From the UHGV virus genome UHGV-0236300: a DNA stretch of 64,000 nt. One strand, written 5' to 3'. The DNA is from a virus. A program made the position numbers and the translations under genes. Numbering within the stretch: position 1 is the stretch's first letter; the number at the start of each line of letters is the position of its first letter. Under the pieces are notes generated by a model. The model was not told the DNA's origin. It made no database searches and was given only the letters and a program-made list of their open reading frames with translations. Below, piece by piece: positions 44,229-54,429 of the stretch.

Positions 44229-44579
44229 TTACTGCAACAGTTTTTCAATAGCCGCTTCCATGCTGCTTGCAACAGCCTGAACTCGGATATTCATCTCTTC
44301 TTGGCGGATCAGCTCCTTAAGCTCTTTAACGGTAAATTCTTTAGAGAAACCTTCCACCATAATCTTGTGCAAGGCTTCTTGCGTGTCTACTTGCAAGAAC
44401 TTTTCCAGTTTGTTGGCAGAGGCCTCTAAATCGGCCCGAATACGTGGGTCATCTGTTCGGTTCAGCATTAGGCGTAAGCCATCAAGATTGGTAGAAATAG
44501 CGTCTGCATGTTGAGTAACCAACCGTGGCAAAATGAGATCTACAAACTTACTGGCTAAATCAATACGCTCTTGTGTCAC
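44229..44579 (-). CDS. hypothetical protein
   Basis: ORF with GTG start overlapping the upstream small ORF stop. Confidence 0.5.
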   Translation of the reverse strand: MTQERIDLASKFVDLILPRLVTQHADAISTNLDGLRLMLNRTDDPRIRADLEASANKLEKFLQVDTQEALHKIMVEGFSKEFTVKELKELIRQEEMNIRVQAVASSMEAAIEKLLQ

Positions 44580-44689
44580 TGTTGCACCCCCTCTTCATCT
44601 TCATGATATTTCTTTTCACGCTTGTGTTTTTTCTTAAGCTCAAGCGCAATCTCTTTCTTGTACGCCTTCTTCAAGGCTTTTTTAGCCAT
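44576..44689 (-). CDS. small Lys-rich protein (37 aa)
   Basis: ORF below the track cut-off; strong SD GGAGGTG; MAKKALKKAYKKEIALELKKKHKREKK... Confidence 0.35.
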   Translation of the reverse strand: MAKKALKKAYKKEIALELKKKHKREKKYHEDEEGVQQ

Positions 44690-44751
44690 TTGGCACCTCC
44701 TCTGCTTTCATTATGATAATTATAACCAACTTATCAAAGCTTTGTCAACGA

Positions 44752-45225
44752 TTAGTCAACCTGAACCCAACCGCCTGCTACCTTTTTAAACATTCTTTGG
44801 TTATCGCTGCCTCGGAATGGTTTCTTTGTTGGTAAATCTTTTACATACTTTCCATCAATGACGATATCAGCCAGTTTAAGAACATCACTAGAGATATGCT
44901 CAAATGTGAACCCAGTATACACAAGAATAGTTTTCTTGTCACCAAACTTTTCCTTAATTCTCCTCATAAGGTCTATAATACCTGGCTCATTATAAGGAGC
45001 CAAAGGCTCTCCACCAAGTAAAGAAATACCGCATACAGATTCATTGTCTAAATCCGACAAAATTTTCTGCAAATCTTCTTCGGTGAACTCCCTTCCTTTA
45101 TCTTTTGACCAAAATGCTTGATTAAAGCAACCAGGACAAGCGTGTGGGCACCCAGATACCCACAAAGCTGTCCTAATGCCTGGCCCCTCGGTGTAAGATA
45201 TCTCTGTATACCCGACAATATTCAT
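44752..45225 (-). CDS. nrdG: anaerobic ribonucleotide reductase activating protein (radical SAM)
   Basis: CPHACPGCFN (CxxxCxxC radical-SAM cluster motif); directly downstream of nrdD; track ORF 44752..45243, start set at MNIVGYT. Confidence 0.8.
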   Translation of the reverse strand: MNIVGYTEISYTEGPGIRTALWVSGCPHACPGCFNQAFWSKDKGREFTEEDLQKILSDLDNESVCGISLLGGEPLAPYNEPGIIDLMRRIKEKFGDKKTILVYTGFTFEHISSDVLKLADIVIDGKYVKDLPTKKPFRGSDNQRMFKKVAGGWVQVD

Positions 45226-45338
45226 ACGTACTCCGCATCGCATTTAGGACAATGCCAAATAAAATCGTCCAGTGCCTTACACCAACGAAGATTGCAATGA
45301 CAACCACACTTGCAAATTTTATAAATACCTGTAGACAT
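45222..45338 (-). CDS. small Cys-rich zinc-ribbon protein (38 aa)
   Basis: ORF below the track cut-off between nrdD and nrdG; SD GGAGGTG; CKCGCHC...CPKC; stop overlaps the nrdG start. Confidence 0.4.
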   Translation of the reverse strand: MSTGIYKICKCGCHCNLRWCKALDDFIWHCPKCDAEYV

Positions 45339-45401
45339 ATTGCACCTCCTAGTTTACTGTGTGACAACAATATGCCACATCCTTGTGACTTTTGTCAAGT
45401 A

Positions 45402-47522
45402 TCAGCAACCACAACTTCCGTAGTGCTTAACCCGTTCTATAACCTCAGCCTGCTTACCCTTATTGTAAGGGCGGGAGTTTGGACTAGACAGATACCCGGA
45501 TACGCGTCTGATCACACTGATCGTTCCTTCTTCATGGTTTCCACACTCTGGGCATACAAAGCCTTTAGCTGTTGCACTGAACTCGCCAGAGAATCCACAC
45601 TTAAGACATTTATCCACAGGCTGGTTAATACCAAAATACATAATGTGTTTATACCCGAAATCGACAAGAGCTTCTAAAGCATCTAAGTTGTTTTTCAGGT
45701 TAGGTGTTTCTATGTATCCAATGTTGCCGCCAGAAGAGATCATAGCAAAACCTTCCTCATACTTCCACTTGTCAAAAGGTGAGCTATTGATCCACACGGG
45801 TTGGTGGAAACTGTTGGTAAGGTATTCGTGCTCGTGCTTCAACACTTCAGGATATTCACGATCTAGACATGTTGCAGCCTTATAGCACAAGCTCTCTGAA
45901 GGAGTGCCGTACAAGCTGAATGCCAGACCACTTTCTTTTTTGTACCGATCACAAGCATCTTTCATGTGTTGAAGGATCCCAAGAGCTAAGGACTTGTCTC
46001 CCTCTCTGCCTAAAATCTGGCAGGTTTCATACACACCAATATACCCAATACTTATGGAAGCATACCCGTCATAGAAGAGTTTATCAATACTCTCTTCAGG
46101 ATCCAGGCGAGCAAGGGCCCCTTCACACCACATGATGGGGTTCTGCCCTGCCTTTGTTCCTTTTAGACGGTTAACTCTTACAAGGTGAGCCTCGTATGCC
46201 AGATCCAAGTACTCGTCAAGAACTGCAAAGAAATCAACACCTTCCGTTTTAGCTTTTGCCGCAATCATTGGTAGGTTAAGGCTAACAACACCCAAGTTGA
46301 ATCTGCCAAGGTATTTTTCATCACCCTCCGAGGTAACGTATTTGCCAAGGAACGACCTACATCCCATGCTTGTTACTTTGCCATCTGTTGAACCTGTCAC
46401 TTTACGATTTAGCGGAACAGAAACAAAGTCAGGATAAATCCGCTCTGCAGAGCATTCTAGGGCCAATCGTTTCAAATCATAGTTAGGATCCCCAGGGTTC
46501 ATGTTGACACCATCTTCTAAGAAGAACAGCACTTTAGGGAACACAGGCGTGATCCGTTCTTCACCAAGACCCATTTTGTGGACTTTCAAGTAGTTTTTGG
46601 TAATCATTCTACCAAAGACCGAAGTATCCAGCCCTAAACTTAATGTGATGAATGGGGTTTGCCCGTTGACAGAAGTTAACGTATTGATTTGGTAGAGCAA
46701 AGTTTGCATACTATCAAACACGTCTTTATCGGTCATTTGCATTGCAACAGTCTCAGCATCTGGCAACCAATGTTCCTGACAAAATTTAAGGTTCTTCTCA
46801 TAAGTTGCTTCAGCATATTGTGCCAGATAATGATCAATATGGCTCATAGTTTGACCACCATATTGAGCACTAGCTACTGCACTAGAGATTTGACTAAGGA
46901 TTGTTGTTGCAACCCCTATTGACTTCGGCTTACTGACATGGGCGTTGCCAATGTTGAATCCGTTTTCCAGCATATCCGGATAATTTACCAAACAACAGTT
47001 TGTTAACGGACTGATCAGGTAGTCAAGATCATGCACATGGATGAAGCCCTTGTTGTGCTCTTCTGAGACACGATCTGGCAGGATCTGTGTTGATGCAAGG
47101 TGTTTGCTAAGGATGCCTGCAAGCAGGTCACGATGAGTGTGTACATGATTAGTAGGCTTATTTGCGTTTTCTTTTGTAAATTCATCACAAGTACGATCCA
47201 AAAAGCCACTAATATCTGCAAGCAGTTTTCCACCTGCCTCTCTGTTATTATCTCTTGTCTGTCTATACTGGATGTATTCTCTGGCTGCACATTTTAAACC
47301 CATATCCATAAGAGCATCTTCAACAAGGATATGGATATTTTTTACAGAGATCGTGCACTGGTCGGTTGGCAGATTGTTGGCAACAACTTCATTAACCGCG
47401 CAGGCAATCCGGTAAGCTTCTTCTTCAGTATGCCCAGACTCAAGTAAGGCGGACTCTGCCGCCTTGATCACCTTAATTCCGTTATAAAACTCTTCTCTAC
47501 CGTCCCGTTTTACAACTTTCAC
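45402..47522 (-). CDS. nrdD: anaerobic ribonucleoside-triphosphate reductase (class III)
   Basis: C-terminal zinc site CLKCG...CPECG and glycyl-radical motif RRVSGYL. Confidence 0.9.
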   Translation of the reverse strand: MKVVKRDGREEFYNGIKVIKAAESALLESGHTEEEAYRIACAVNEVVANNLPTDQCTISVKNIHILVEDALMDMGLKCAAREYIQYRQTRDNNREAGGKLLADISGFLDRTCDEFTKENANKPTNHVHTHRDLLAGILSKHLASTQILPDRVSEEHNKGFIHVHDLDYLISPLTNCCLVNYPDMLENGFNIGNAHVSKPKSIGVATTILSQISSAVASAQYGGQTMSHIDHYLAQYAEATYEKNLKFCQEHWLPDAETVAMQMTDKDVFDSMQTLLYQINTLTSVNGQTPFITLSLGLDTSVFGRMITKNYLKVHKMGLGEERITPVFPKVLFFLEDGVNMNPGDPNYDLKRLALECSAERIYPDFVSVPLNRKVTGSTDGKVTSMGCRSFLGKYVTSEGDEKYLGRFNLGVVSLNLPMIAAKAKTEGVDFFAVLDEYLDLAYEAHLVRVNRLKGTKAGQNPIMWCEGALARLDPEESIDKLFYDGYASISIGYIGVYETCQILGREGDKSLALGILQHMKDACDRYKKESGLAFSLYGTPSESLCYKAATCLDREYPEVLKHEHEYLTNSFHQPVWINSSPFDKWKYEEGFAMISSGGNIGYIETPNLKNNLDALEALVDFGYKHIMYFGINQPVDKCLKCGFSGEFSATAKGFVCPECGNHEEGTISVIRRVSGYLSSPNSRPYNKGKQAEVIERVKHYGSCGC

Positions 47523-47797
47523 TTTTTCTCTCCAAAACCATTCTTAACAAAAGAGATGAAATCGTCAGCACCACCTATGTGGAGACTGTCAAGGTTGCTT
47601 TCCAAGAAGATCTGAGGCAACGTTCTAGGAACAAATGGGCTACACTTCTCGATAAGCTCTTCTTTTGTGTATCCTTCACCCAGCGTCTTGTATACGAAAG
47701 GTATGCCTTTGCTGACTGCAAATTCTTTTGCTCTTACACAATGTGGGCAGTTATCCTTGCCGTAAATGATGATGAAAAAAGATTTTTCGCAGCTCAT
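47519..47797 (-). CDS. glutaredoxin-like protein
   Basis: CPHC active-site motif in a ~90-aa protein within the RNR cluster. Confidence 0.7.
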   Translation of the reverse strand: MSCEKSFFIIIYGKDNCPHCVRAKEFAVSKGIPFVYKTLGEGYTKEELIEKCSPFVPRTLPQIFLESNLDSLHIGGADDFISFVKNGFGEKK

Positions 47798-47800
47798 ATA

Positions 47801-48889
47801 TTAAAACTCCCAAATTTCTTCTTCAGCGTCGTTAACAGTTGTGTTGACGCGGTAGTCAGTGTTAGACATTTCCTGGTTAGCCGTCTGTTGCAGTGAAGGT
47901 TTCATCCACACCTGCATAAACGGTAGCGGGTCTTTTGTTGGCGGCACAAAGTCTTTGTCGATATTGTAGTAATCATAAATCGGTGAGCAGTTATAGTCAA
48001 CCCATTCTTTAAGTAATGGTGAGTTAAGACCTATAATTGCTCTTCCTTCGCTGAAAATATAGTCACTCCAACCGTACTCCTTGATTCGCACTTCGTCAAG
48101 AATTTCTTTTAACTCACCCTTAATCTCAAGAAAGCTTTGCTCCCATGCAGGGTCATCAAGCAGGATATCGATGATAGCAAAATCACCTTTCGAATGCAGC
48201 ATTTCATCAAGCATAATTTTTTGAACGAGTTGTGCAACTTGAACAAAAATACCTTGCTCAGCTACTGCGAACGTACATGCAAAACTTGCAATAAACTCAA
48301 TACTCTCTAGAGCTAAAAGTGCAAAAAGTGCTCTAAGGATACATTTCCGTACAACATCTTCTTCAACACTGGAAGGATCCAGTCGGTATTTTGCACCAAT
48401 AACCTCAAGCTCTTGCATATATTTGACAATAACTCCAGACCTGCTCAGCACGTTCTGGTTTTCCTGAATCTCTTCTATAATCTCACGAGCATTAGGAAGG
48501 CATTGTCTAACAATCTCTGAGTAAGTTAGTGCATGAAGAACCTCAATCTCAGACTGCTTCATCAACAAGGTGAAAAGTTCACTATTGGTGATAAATGGTG
48601 AAAACAGACAAATGATAGATCTTGCTGCAACACTGTCTGCCTCCCATTGCCACATCAGTGTCTGCACCATCACATCGTAAGTTGACTTTGAGCATGTTAC
48701 GAAATCCGAAATAGACTGTGACAGATCTACTTCGTCCTCTGCCCAATCTTGTTCTTTTTGTTTTTTGTATAGTTCAAACAGCTGTGGGTACTTTTTGTTA
48801 ATAGAGTCGTACATCCCCATCTGCTGTCCTAAAAACAGTGGATAATCACCAGTTTTATGAGCAGTGTTCTCAGTATTAAATACAGCCAT
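47801..48889 (-). CDS. nrdB: ribonucleoside-diphosphate reductase beta subunit (class Ia)
   Basis: PLFLGQQ, EIEVLHALTYSE and ALESIEFIASFACTFAVAEQG parallel E. coli NrdB; track start 48979 overlaps nrdA, start set at MAVFNTE after SD. Confidence 0.85.
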   Translation of the reverse strand: MAVFNTENTAHKTGDYPLFLGQQMGMYDSINKKYPQLFELYKKQKEQDWAEDEVDLSQSISDFVTCSKSTYDVMVQTLMWQWEADSVAARSIICLFSPFITNSELFTLLMKQSEIEVLHALTYSEIVRQCLPNAREIIEEIQENQNVLSRSGVIVKYMQELEVIGAKYRLDPSSVEEDVVRKCILRALFALLALESIEFIASFACTFAVAEQGIFVQVAQLVQKIMLDEMLHSKGDFAIIDILLDDPAWEQSFLEIKGELKEILDEVRIKEYGWSDYIFSEGRAIIGLNSPLLKEWVDYNCSPIYDYYNIDKDFVPPTKDPLPFMQVWMKPSLQQTANQEMSNTDYRVNTTVNDAEEEIWEF

Positions 48890-48929
48890 TATTCTACCTC
48901 TAAAATGGGGCCGAAGCCCCTTTTTTAAA

Positions 48930-51245
48930 TTACAGTGCACAACTTTCGCAATATGGATCTTCAACTGAACTATCTGCAATCAAAGGATAGTTCTTTCTGG
49001 TTTCATCTTCAGCCTGTTTCTTCGCGTGAAGCTCCTCTGTCAAAGAGTCACCAGCACCAACCCGAGAGTTTAAGTAATACCATGTCTTCATCCCGAATTT
49101 AGTAGCACGGATAAGATACCCCAGCTGCTCCTTCATTGAAATTTTACCATCTTTCAACTTGGTGTAATCAATATATAGGTCAGCACTGATTGCCTGTCCT
49201 GTGAATTTTTGAATCACAGCATACATATCAATCATGTCGTTAGTATCAACGTCCCAAGCCGAGGTATAATACTCTTTCAGTTCATCATATTCAGGAACGA
49301 TAAACAGCACCTGTCCTTGTGGCGACTTTTTAAAGATAATGTGCTCACGGACAGGATAAACCCCGTTAGTGGTGTTTGTTGCCAGCGAAGAGCTTTCATT
49401 AGGCATATATGCTTCAAGAACGCTATTACGTAGCCCACCATTTTCAATGATTTCTTTACGTAACCCTTCCCAATCCTGCTTAAGAGAAGGATCTTTCACC
49501 ACACTATCGACCTCTTTGTTATAGGTGTCGATTGGTAACCAACCATCCGGGTATTTTGTTTTATGCATCCACTCACAGACACCACGCTCTTTTGCCAATC
49601 GTAAACTTGCCTTATGCAAGCTGTAGCTGTGGAGCTCTGCAAGATCGTGAACAAGCTGTTTACTTTCAGGAGACCCGTAAGCAACCTTGTGGCTGGCAAT
49701 AAAATGTGCAACATTGGTAAGGCCAACCCCGATGGATCTGCGTTTTTTAACAGTGCTCTCCATATTTTCATACGGATATGTCATGATTTCCATAACATTG
49801 TCAATCATAAGCACAGTGTAGTATGCAACATCCTCATACTCCTCTGGGGTAACCCTTCCAGCTACAAGAGATGACAGGAAGCACAATGCAACTTCGCCAT
49901 CATCAACATCGTACTTGAAGATATTACGCATATCTGAATAGCCTTTTGTCGGGAGGGCTATTTCTGCACACAGGTTACTTGAATAGATCACATCTTTAAA
50001 AGGTGTATGTCTATTCATCTCATCTGTCCAGTATACGTACAGCCTGCCAACCTCGGTACGCTGCGTGATCAGTTCAACAGCAAGGTCTCTAGCACGGATC
50101 CATGTTTTAGGAATGCTGTCATCTTTAGCAATACGATCAACCTCTGCATCAAACTCCTCCATAGACATGGTGAAGATACCCTCATGCAGTTGAGGCGCGT
50201 GCTTATAAGAAACAAGCATCCAATCTAAATTCTTAGCCACACGGTTGATAAACGACCTATTAATACCTATAGAGTAATCCATGGTGTTGATTCTTTTTGA
50301 AGCAACAGTCATAGGGTTTCTCAAACGGATTAGCTCATCAATCTGCGGGTCCAGTGCAAGGAATGATACTGTTGCAGAACCGCCACGTGATTGTTGTCTG
50401 TTCTCCTTAACCCCAGCATCAATACCTCGATAATATGGAATCTTGCCCATATGTTTAATAGTGTTACCACGAACACCATCACCTGCAGATCTTGATGATA
50501 AATAGTATCCAATACCTGCTTGGTTAACCGTCATTGTGTATGCAACTTCACGTGCCACACCAATAGATTTTGCTGTATCGTCAGCTTTTATTACACAACA
50601 AGATGCATACCCTGTCTTGCCTGTGCGTAGACCGTTTAAGTACGGTGTCGGGGCATTGATCTTTAAGTCTGACAGATAAGTGTATAATTTTACAACATCG
50701 TCAATACGGCGTTCTTTCGGCATATTTTTCATGACAGCCATCGCTATCCCCATAAACATCATCTGTGGAGATTCGAACAGGGTGTCTTTAAGAGTATCCT
50801 TGATCCCGTATTTGTCTCGAAACTGTTTAAGGACTGCATAGCCATAACCAAGGTCTTTACTGTGATCAATAACAGTGTCTAAAGTGTTTAACTCGGTAAA
50901 GCTATAACCCATATCCTCCCAATACCCTTTATCAACCATGGTATTGTAAAATGATGGTAAGGAAGGGATCTTTGTGAATCCTCCAAAAGCCTCTTTATAA
51001 ATCTGACCGATAAGAACACGACCAGCCATACGAGAATGTGCTTCGTCCTTACGGCTAACACAGGAGTCTATAATAGCTTGGTTAACTTCTTTGGTTGTGC
51101 ATCCATCATACAGCCGTTTGTATGCATCAAGTGCAATATGTGACCAATTGCCGTTACCGTCGTCACCGAAAATAGCTGCCTTATTTAAACGTTCCGGATC
51201 GAATGCCACTTCACATCCGTTGCTTTTAATTACCTTAGTGATCAA
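48930..51245 (-). CDS. nrdA: ribonucleoside-diphosphate reductase alpha subunit (class Ia)
   Basis: N-terminal ATP-cone-like segment, active-site NLCAEI, C-terminal CESCAL cysteine pair. Confidence 0.9.
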   Translation of the reverse strand: MITKVIKSNGCEVAFDPERLNKAAIFGDDGNGNWSHIALDAYKRLYDGCTTKEVNQAIIDSCVSRKDEAHSRMAGRVLIGQIYKEAFGGFTKIPSLPSFYNTMVDKGYWEDMGYSFTELNTLDTVIDHSKDLGYGYAVLKQFRDKYGIKDTLKDTLFESPQMMFMGIAMAVMKNMPKERRIDDVVKLYTYLSDLKINAPTPYLNGLRTGKTGYASCCVIKADDTAKSIGVAREVAYTMTVNQAGIGYYLSSRSAGDGVRGNTIKHMGKIPYYRGIDAGVKENRQQSRGGSATVSFLALDPQIDELIRLRNPMTVASKRINTMDYSIGINRSFINRVAKNLDWMLVSYKHAPQLHEGIFTMSMEEFDAEVDRIAKDDSIPKTWIRARDLAVELITQRTEVGRLYVYWTDEMNRHTPFKDVIYSSNLCAEIALPTKGYSDMRNIFKYDVDDGEVALCFLSSLVAGRVTPEEYEDVAYYTVLMIDNVMEIMTYPYENMESTVKKRRSIGVGLTNVAHFIASHKVAYGSPESKQLVHDLAELHSYSLHKASLRLAKERGVCEWMHKTKYPDGWLPIDTYNKEVDSVVKDPSLKQDWEGLRKEIIENGGLRNSVLEAYMPNESSSLATNTTNGVYPVREHIIFKKSPQGQVLFIVPEYDELKEYYTSAWDVDTNDMIDMYAVIQKFTGQAISADLYIDYTKLKDGKISMKEQLGYLIRATKFGMKTWYYLNSRVGAGDSLTEELHAKKQAEDETRKNYPLIADSSVEDPYCESCAL

Positions 51246-51472
51246 TTTGCTTCCTCCACTTCATCAACGTATTTATCAAGGCAGGTATCAGTATCTTGTT
51301 GGGTAAAGGTATCCTCTTCTACAGAGATATTTATAATTTTACCTGTATACTCGTCATAATAAACATCATCATACATTTTAATATCGTTTGTCAGGCCATT
51401 GAACCAAAGCCAACCAACATATTCTGCCCGACTTGCAAAACCAAGATCCTTCCACTTGGAGTTATGACTCAT
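51242..51472 (-). CDS. hypothetical protein
   Basis: Track ORF 51242..51550; ATG 51472 after SD AAGGTGG is the likelier start. Confidence 0.45.
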   Translation of the reverse strand: MSHNSKWKDLGFASRAEYVGWLWFNGLTNDIKMYDDVYYDEYTGKIINISVEEDTFTQQDTDTCLDKYVDEVEEAN

Positions 51473-51482
51473 CTTCACCACC

Positions 51483-51944
51483 TTAGCTTTCAATACCGAA
51501 TAATTTTTCCAGGAGATGCAGATCTTCAAAATTGAAAGGTTCATCAACAATATGAATATCTTCAGCCTTTTCAGATTGTTTTGTATACTTTCTTACATTA
51601 ACACGATCTTCTACAGGGATATCATATGGAAGATCTTGAACAAGCATTGTCTCACCGGGTGCTTTATCTACATCGAGAATATCTACACCATTATACATTT
51701 GTGGGTATCTAAAGTCTGCACGCATGACACCAGCAAATACATCGGCCTTTCGATAATGAGTTGGTTTATTTTTGCATCTAACGTTTTTTCCACGAAGAAC
51801 ATCAATATTTTTTAAATCAAACCCTACGGCAAAGAGTGCAGCTCGAAGACCGTTTCGTGTGCGAACGTTAAACCCGGGAACGGTAGATAGGAAATCTAAA
51901 GTAACTGAAATAAATGTCTTTTTAGGAATCATAACATCACTCAT
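51483..51944 (-). CDS. hypothetical protein
   Basis: Track ORF 51483..51983; ATG 51944 after SD AAGGGAGA is the likelier start. Confidence 0.5.
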   Translation of the reverse strand: MSDVMIPKKTFISVTLDFLSTVPGFNVRTRNGLRAALFAVGFDLKNIDVLRGKNVRCKNKPTHYRKADVFAGVMRADFRYPQMYNGVDILDVDKAPGETMLVQDLPYDIPVEDRVNVRKYTKQSEKAEDIHIVDEPFNFEDLHLLEKLFGIES

Positions 51945-52042
51945 ATCTGTCTCCCTTTCTGGCTCACCAACAAAGTGAGCCACTATTATAGATTATCTAA
52001 TGCTATTAGTCAACACAAAAGTTACCTATCGCTGTGATAGGC

Positions 52043-53026
52043 TTACCCTTTCATGAAGTGGTTATTAAGCAACTGTCTGTGCTGAACCCACCCACAAAAG
52101 TTGGCAGACCAGAATTTACCATCGCGGTCTTGATGGGTTACACCTTCCTGCCAAACACAACTATCTTGTGTGATTTCACATGAAGACAGGTAGTAGTTTA
52201 AACGTTCCATTGCATTGTCGTGATCCATAGGTGTCGCCTGGTGCTCGTAAGGGCTTGCATGAATACGATCCCCACCAATCAATTTTTTAGCCACACTATC
52301 TGCTTTTTCAAACGTGCTGTCAATATTGCGATAAGATACTTGTGCACAGCAGCTCGCACTAATAGATAGAGCTTCTCCAGTATCGAGAATGCATAGCTTC
52401 CCTTCTGTGTCACGCACAGCATAGTTAAACTCACCGTCCAAATAAACGTGTTCTACATATGGGGTGTGCCATTGACCTGGTTTAAGGACTTCAGGAGTGC
52501 TATTCACAAGAGCCTCCCACATACAATTAGCCAACATCTGAATCGTAGGATCCGCATCGTGCCAGCAACGGAGGTGGAAAAAATTATTCCACTCGGTGCT
52601 TGTTACAACTGTTTTCATGCGTTGAAAAGGTTCCACTAAGCGGTTACATACTTGCTTATGGTAACCAGCAAGGGCGAACTTCTCTGCATGCCAAGCGGCG
52701 TTTTTTGCAGCTTCTTTCCAAAACTCTTCAGGAGTCAGCTCCATGTCAGTGTATTCTACACGGATCTTTTGATCGTGTTCCCCACCATCTTCCATCCCTC
52801 GCTTATTTACACCGAAGCGAACTGGCATTGCCGGATTCTCCACGATCTGCTGCAGCATCTTGCTGACAGGTACTGCACGAGAAGACATAGCGTTTCGGCT
52901 GAACACTCGATGTGTCATAAGCTCTGAGTGAATAATTCGAGGATATTCTAGCTCAAAAGTGGTGATACGCTTACCTTTCTCGGAAATGCTGTCGGCAATA
53001 ATCTTTGCAGTGCACAGTTTTAGCAT
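52043..53026 (-). CDS. thyX: flavin-dependent thymidylate synthase-like protein (ThyX family)
   Basis: ELMTHRVFSRNAMSSRAV parallels the ThyX signature (RHRxxxxxxxS...R), with Thr in place of the first Arg; longer than typical ThyX. Confidence 0.65.
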   Translation of the reverse strand: MLKLCTAKIIADSISEKGKRITTFELEYPRIIHSELMTHRVFSRNAMSSRAVPVSKMLQQIVENPAMPVRFGVNKRGMEDGGEHDQKIRVEYTDMELTPEEFWKEAAKNAAWHAEKFALAGYHKQVCNRLVEPFQRMKTVVTSTEWNNFFHLRCWHDADPTIQMLANCMWEALVNSTPEVLKPGQWHTPYVEHVYLDGEFNYAVRDTEGKLCILDTGEALSISASCCAQVSYRNIDSTFEKADSVAKKLIGGDRIHASPYEHQATPMDHDNAMERLNYYLSSCEITQDSCVWQEGVTHQDRDGKFWSANFCGWVQHRQLLNNHFMKG

Positions 53027-53226
53027 TATTTAGCTCTCCTTGTTTTAATTTTGGAAATTTCGTCTGGGTTTATGTTGGCCTTAAATGCAAGGTATCTGTT
53101 GAACATATCGGAGCACATATCTTGGGTGATCCTAGAGGCATACACCAGCTTACCACCCAGATCATACACCTCTAGCCAGTCACCGTATCTGACTACAGGA
53201 TCGCCACCCTTAGAACATCTGCCCAT
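53026..53226 (-). CDS. hypothetical protein
   Basis: Short ORF coupled to thyX. Confidence 0.45.
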   Translation of the reverse strand: MGRCSKGGDPVVRYGDWLEVYDLGGKLVYASRITQDMCSDMFNRYLAFKANINPDEISKIKTRRAK

Positions 53227-53227
53227 T

Positions 53228-53821
53228 TCAAATACCTTCTAAAAACTTCCCTATTTTATACCAGCTGTTAGCGGTATAGTCAACACTAACCTTCAACTCC
53301 TCGAATTGCTCATAAGGAGTGTCTTTTAAGATTTTAATAACTTCAGGGCGTGAAGCGAATTGGTTCAGGTATTCATGCCTGTCGTCAATTATAACATCTA
53401 CAGCCACATTACCTTTGAAATGTGTGGCGTAGAAGCCGTGACCCTGGGTGTGATCGTCCAGATCCATAAAATCGCTGGTCCAACGCTTTAAGAACCTTGA
53501 TTTAGATGCAAGGTGACCTTTCTTGCATACAGAGATAAATGCAAGCTTGTGACCACGAGCCACCAAATCTTTCATAACCTCAATAGCCCCCTCTTCAGGC
53601 TTAAGAAAGTCGTAGAGGAACGGGTCACTCCAGAAATCAAAAGGTCCTATGATGTTTTCTTTGGGGCGATCAGGCCAATACTTTGACAGATCGTAATACA
53701 TCAGCCCGTTAGAAGGTTTAGCAACTGTCTTGCTGGCTGGACCATATAAACGCTCTAGCCACTCCCACCATGCTGTTCCTGAGTCTACCAGTGTTAAATC
53801 TACATCAATTCCGATCAGCAT
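53228..53821 (-). CDS. HAD-family phosphatase (putative 5'(3')-deoxyribonucleotidase)
   Basis: N-terminal IGIDVDLTLVDS (DxDxT HAD motif I); sits between thyX and a dNMP kinase. Confidence 0.5.
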   Translation of the reverse strand: MLIGIDVDLTLVDSGTAWWEWLERLYGPASKTVAKPSNGLMYYDLSKYWPDRPKENIIGPFDFWSDPFLYDFLKPEEGAIEVMKDLVARGHKLAFISVCKKGHLASKSRFLKRWTSDFMDLDDHTQGHGFYATHFKGNVAVDVIIDDRHEYLNQFASRPEVIKILKDTPYEQFEELKVSVDYTANSWYKIGKFLEGI

Positions 53822-53826
53822 TGTTC

Positions 53827-54429
53827 TCAGACCTCTTTAGCATCAATATACTTGCACACAATCTCAGATGCGCACTCCCAAGGAGACCCCTCAGGGTTAA
53901 CAACATCAAACTCGATACCTTTTATCCCGTTCTTCTCTAGGCTAAGGTAAGTTCTGGAATCATTCCCCCAATCATACCCTGCACGGTGGATACGGAACAG
54001 TAGAAGATCACCACCTGTGCTGTATGCGTACTCGCCAAGGCATGCCAGCTCCTCTTTGAAGCCACCATCGGAGTAAACAACAACCCCTTTACCTTCAGGG
54101 AAATCTTTCTTCAAGGATGCTACTGCGGCCTTACCGAAAGCGTCTTCACCAAAGATAGGTTTAATCAGATTTTCACTACAATGGATCATCCATTCTCGCG
54201 GAGAAACATGCTTGCCGTCTATCATTAAGAACGGGCACGGTTCTTCTTTGTAGCGGCGATCATAGAGTGCATTCCACAACTGTGGTGAAATACCAGCTGC
54301 CTTAATTGCCACACTGAATAGCATTTCCTTTACCTCGCGGTGATGCGAGTTTGGAATGGCTTCCAACAAAAGATCTGCGATATGGTCTTTTCCAGAACTT
54401 GGTGGAGCATTAAGAACAATAATATCCAT
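53827..54429 (-). CDS. deoxynucleoside monophosphate kinase (T4 gp1-like)
   Basis: MDIIVLNAPPSSGKDHIADLL parallels T4 gp1 MKLIFLSGVKRSGKDTTADFI (P-loop). Confidence 0.6.
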   Translation of the reverse strand: MDIIVLNAPPSSGKDHIADLLLEAIPNSHHREVKEMLFSVAIKAAGISPQLWNALYDRRYKEEPCPFLMIDGKHVSPREWMIHCSENLIKPIFGEDAFGKAAVASLKKDFPEGKGVVVYSDGGFKEELACLGEYAYSTGGDLLLFRIHRAGYDWGNDSRTYLSLEKNGIKGIEFDVVNPEGSPWECASEIVCKYIDAKEV

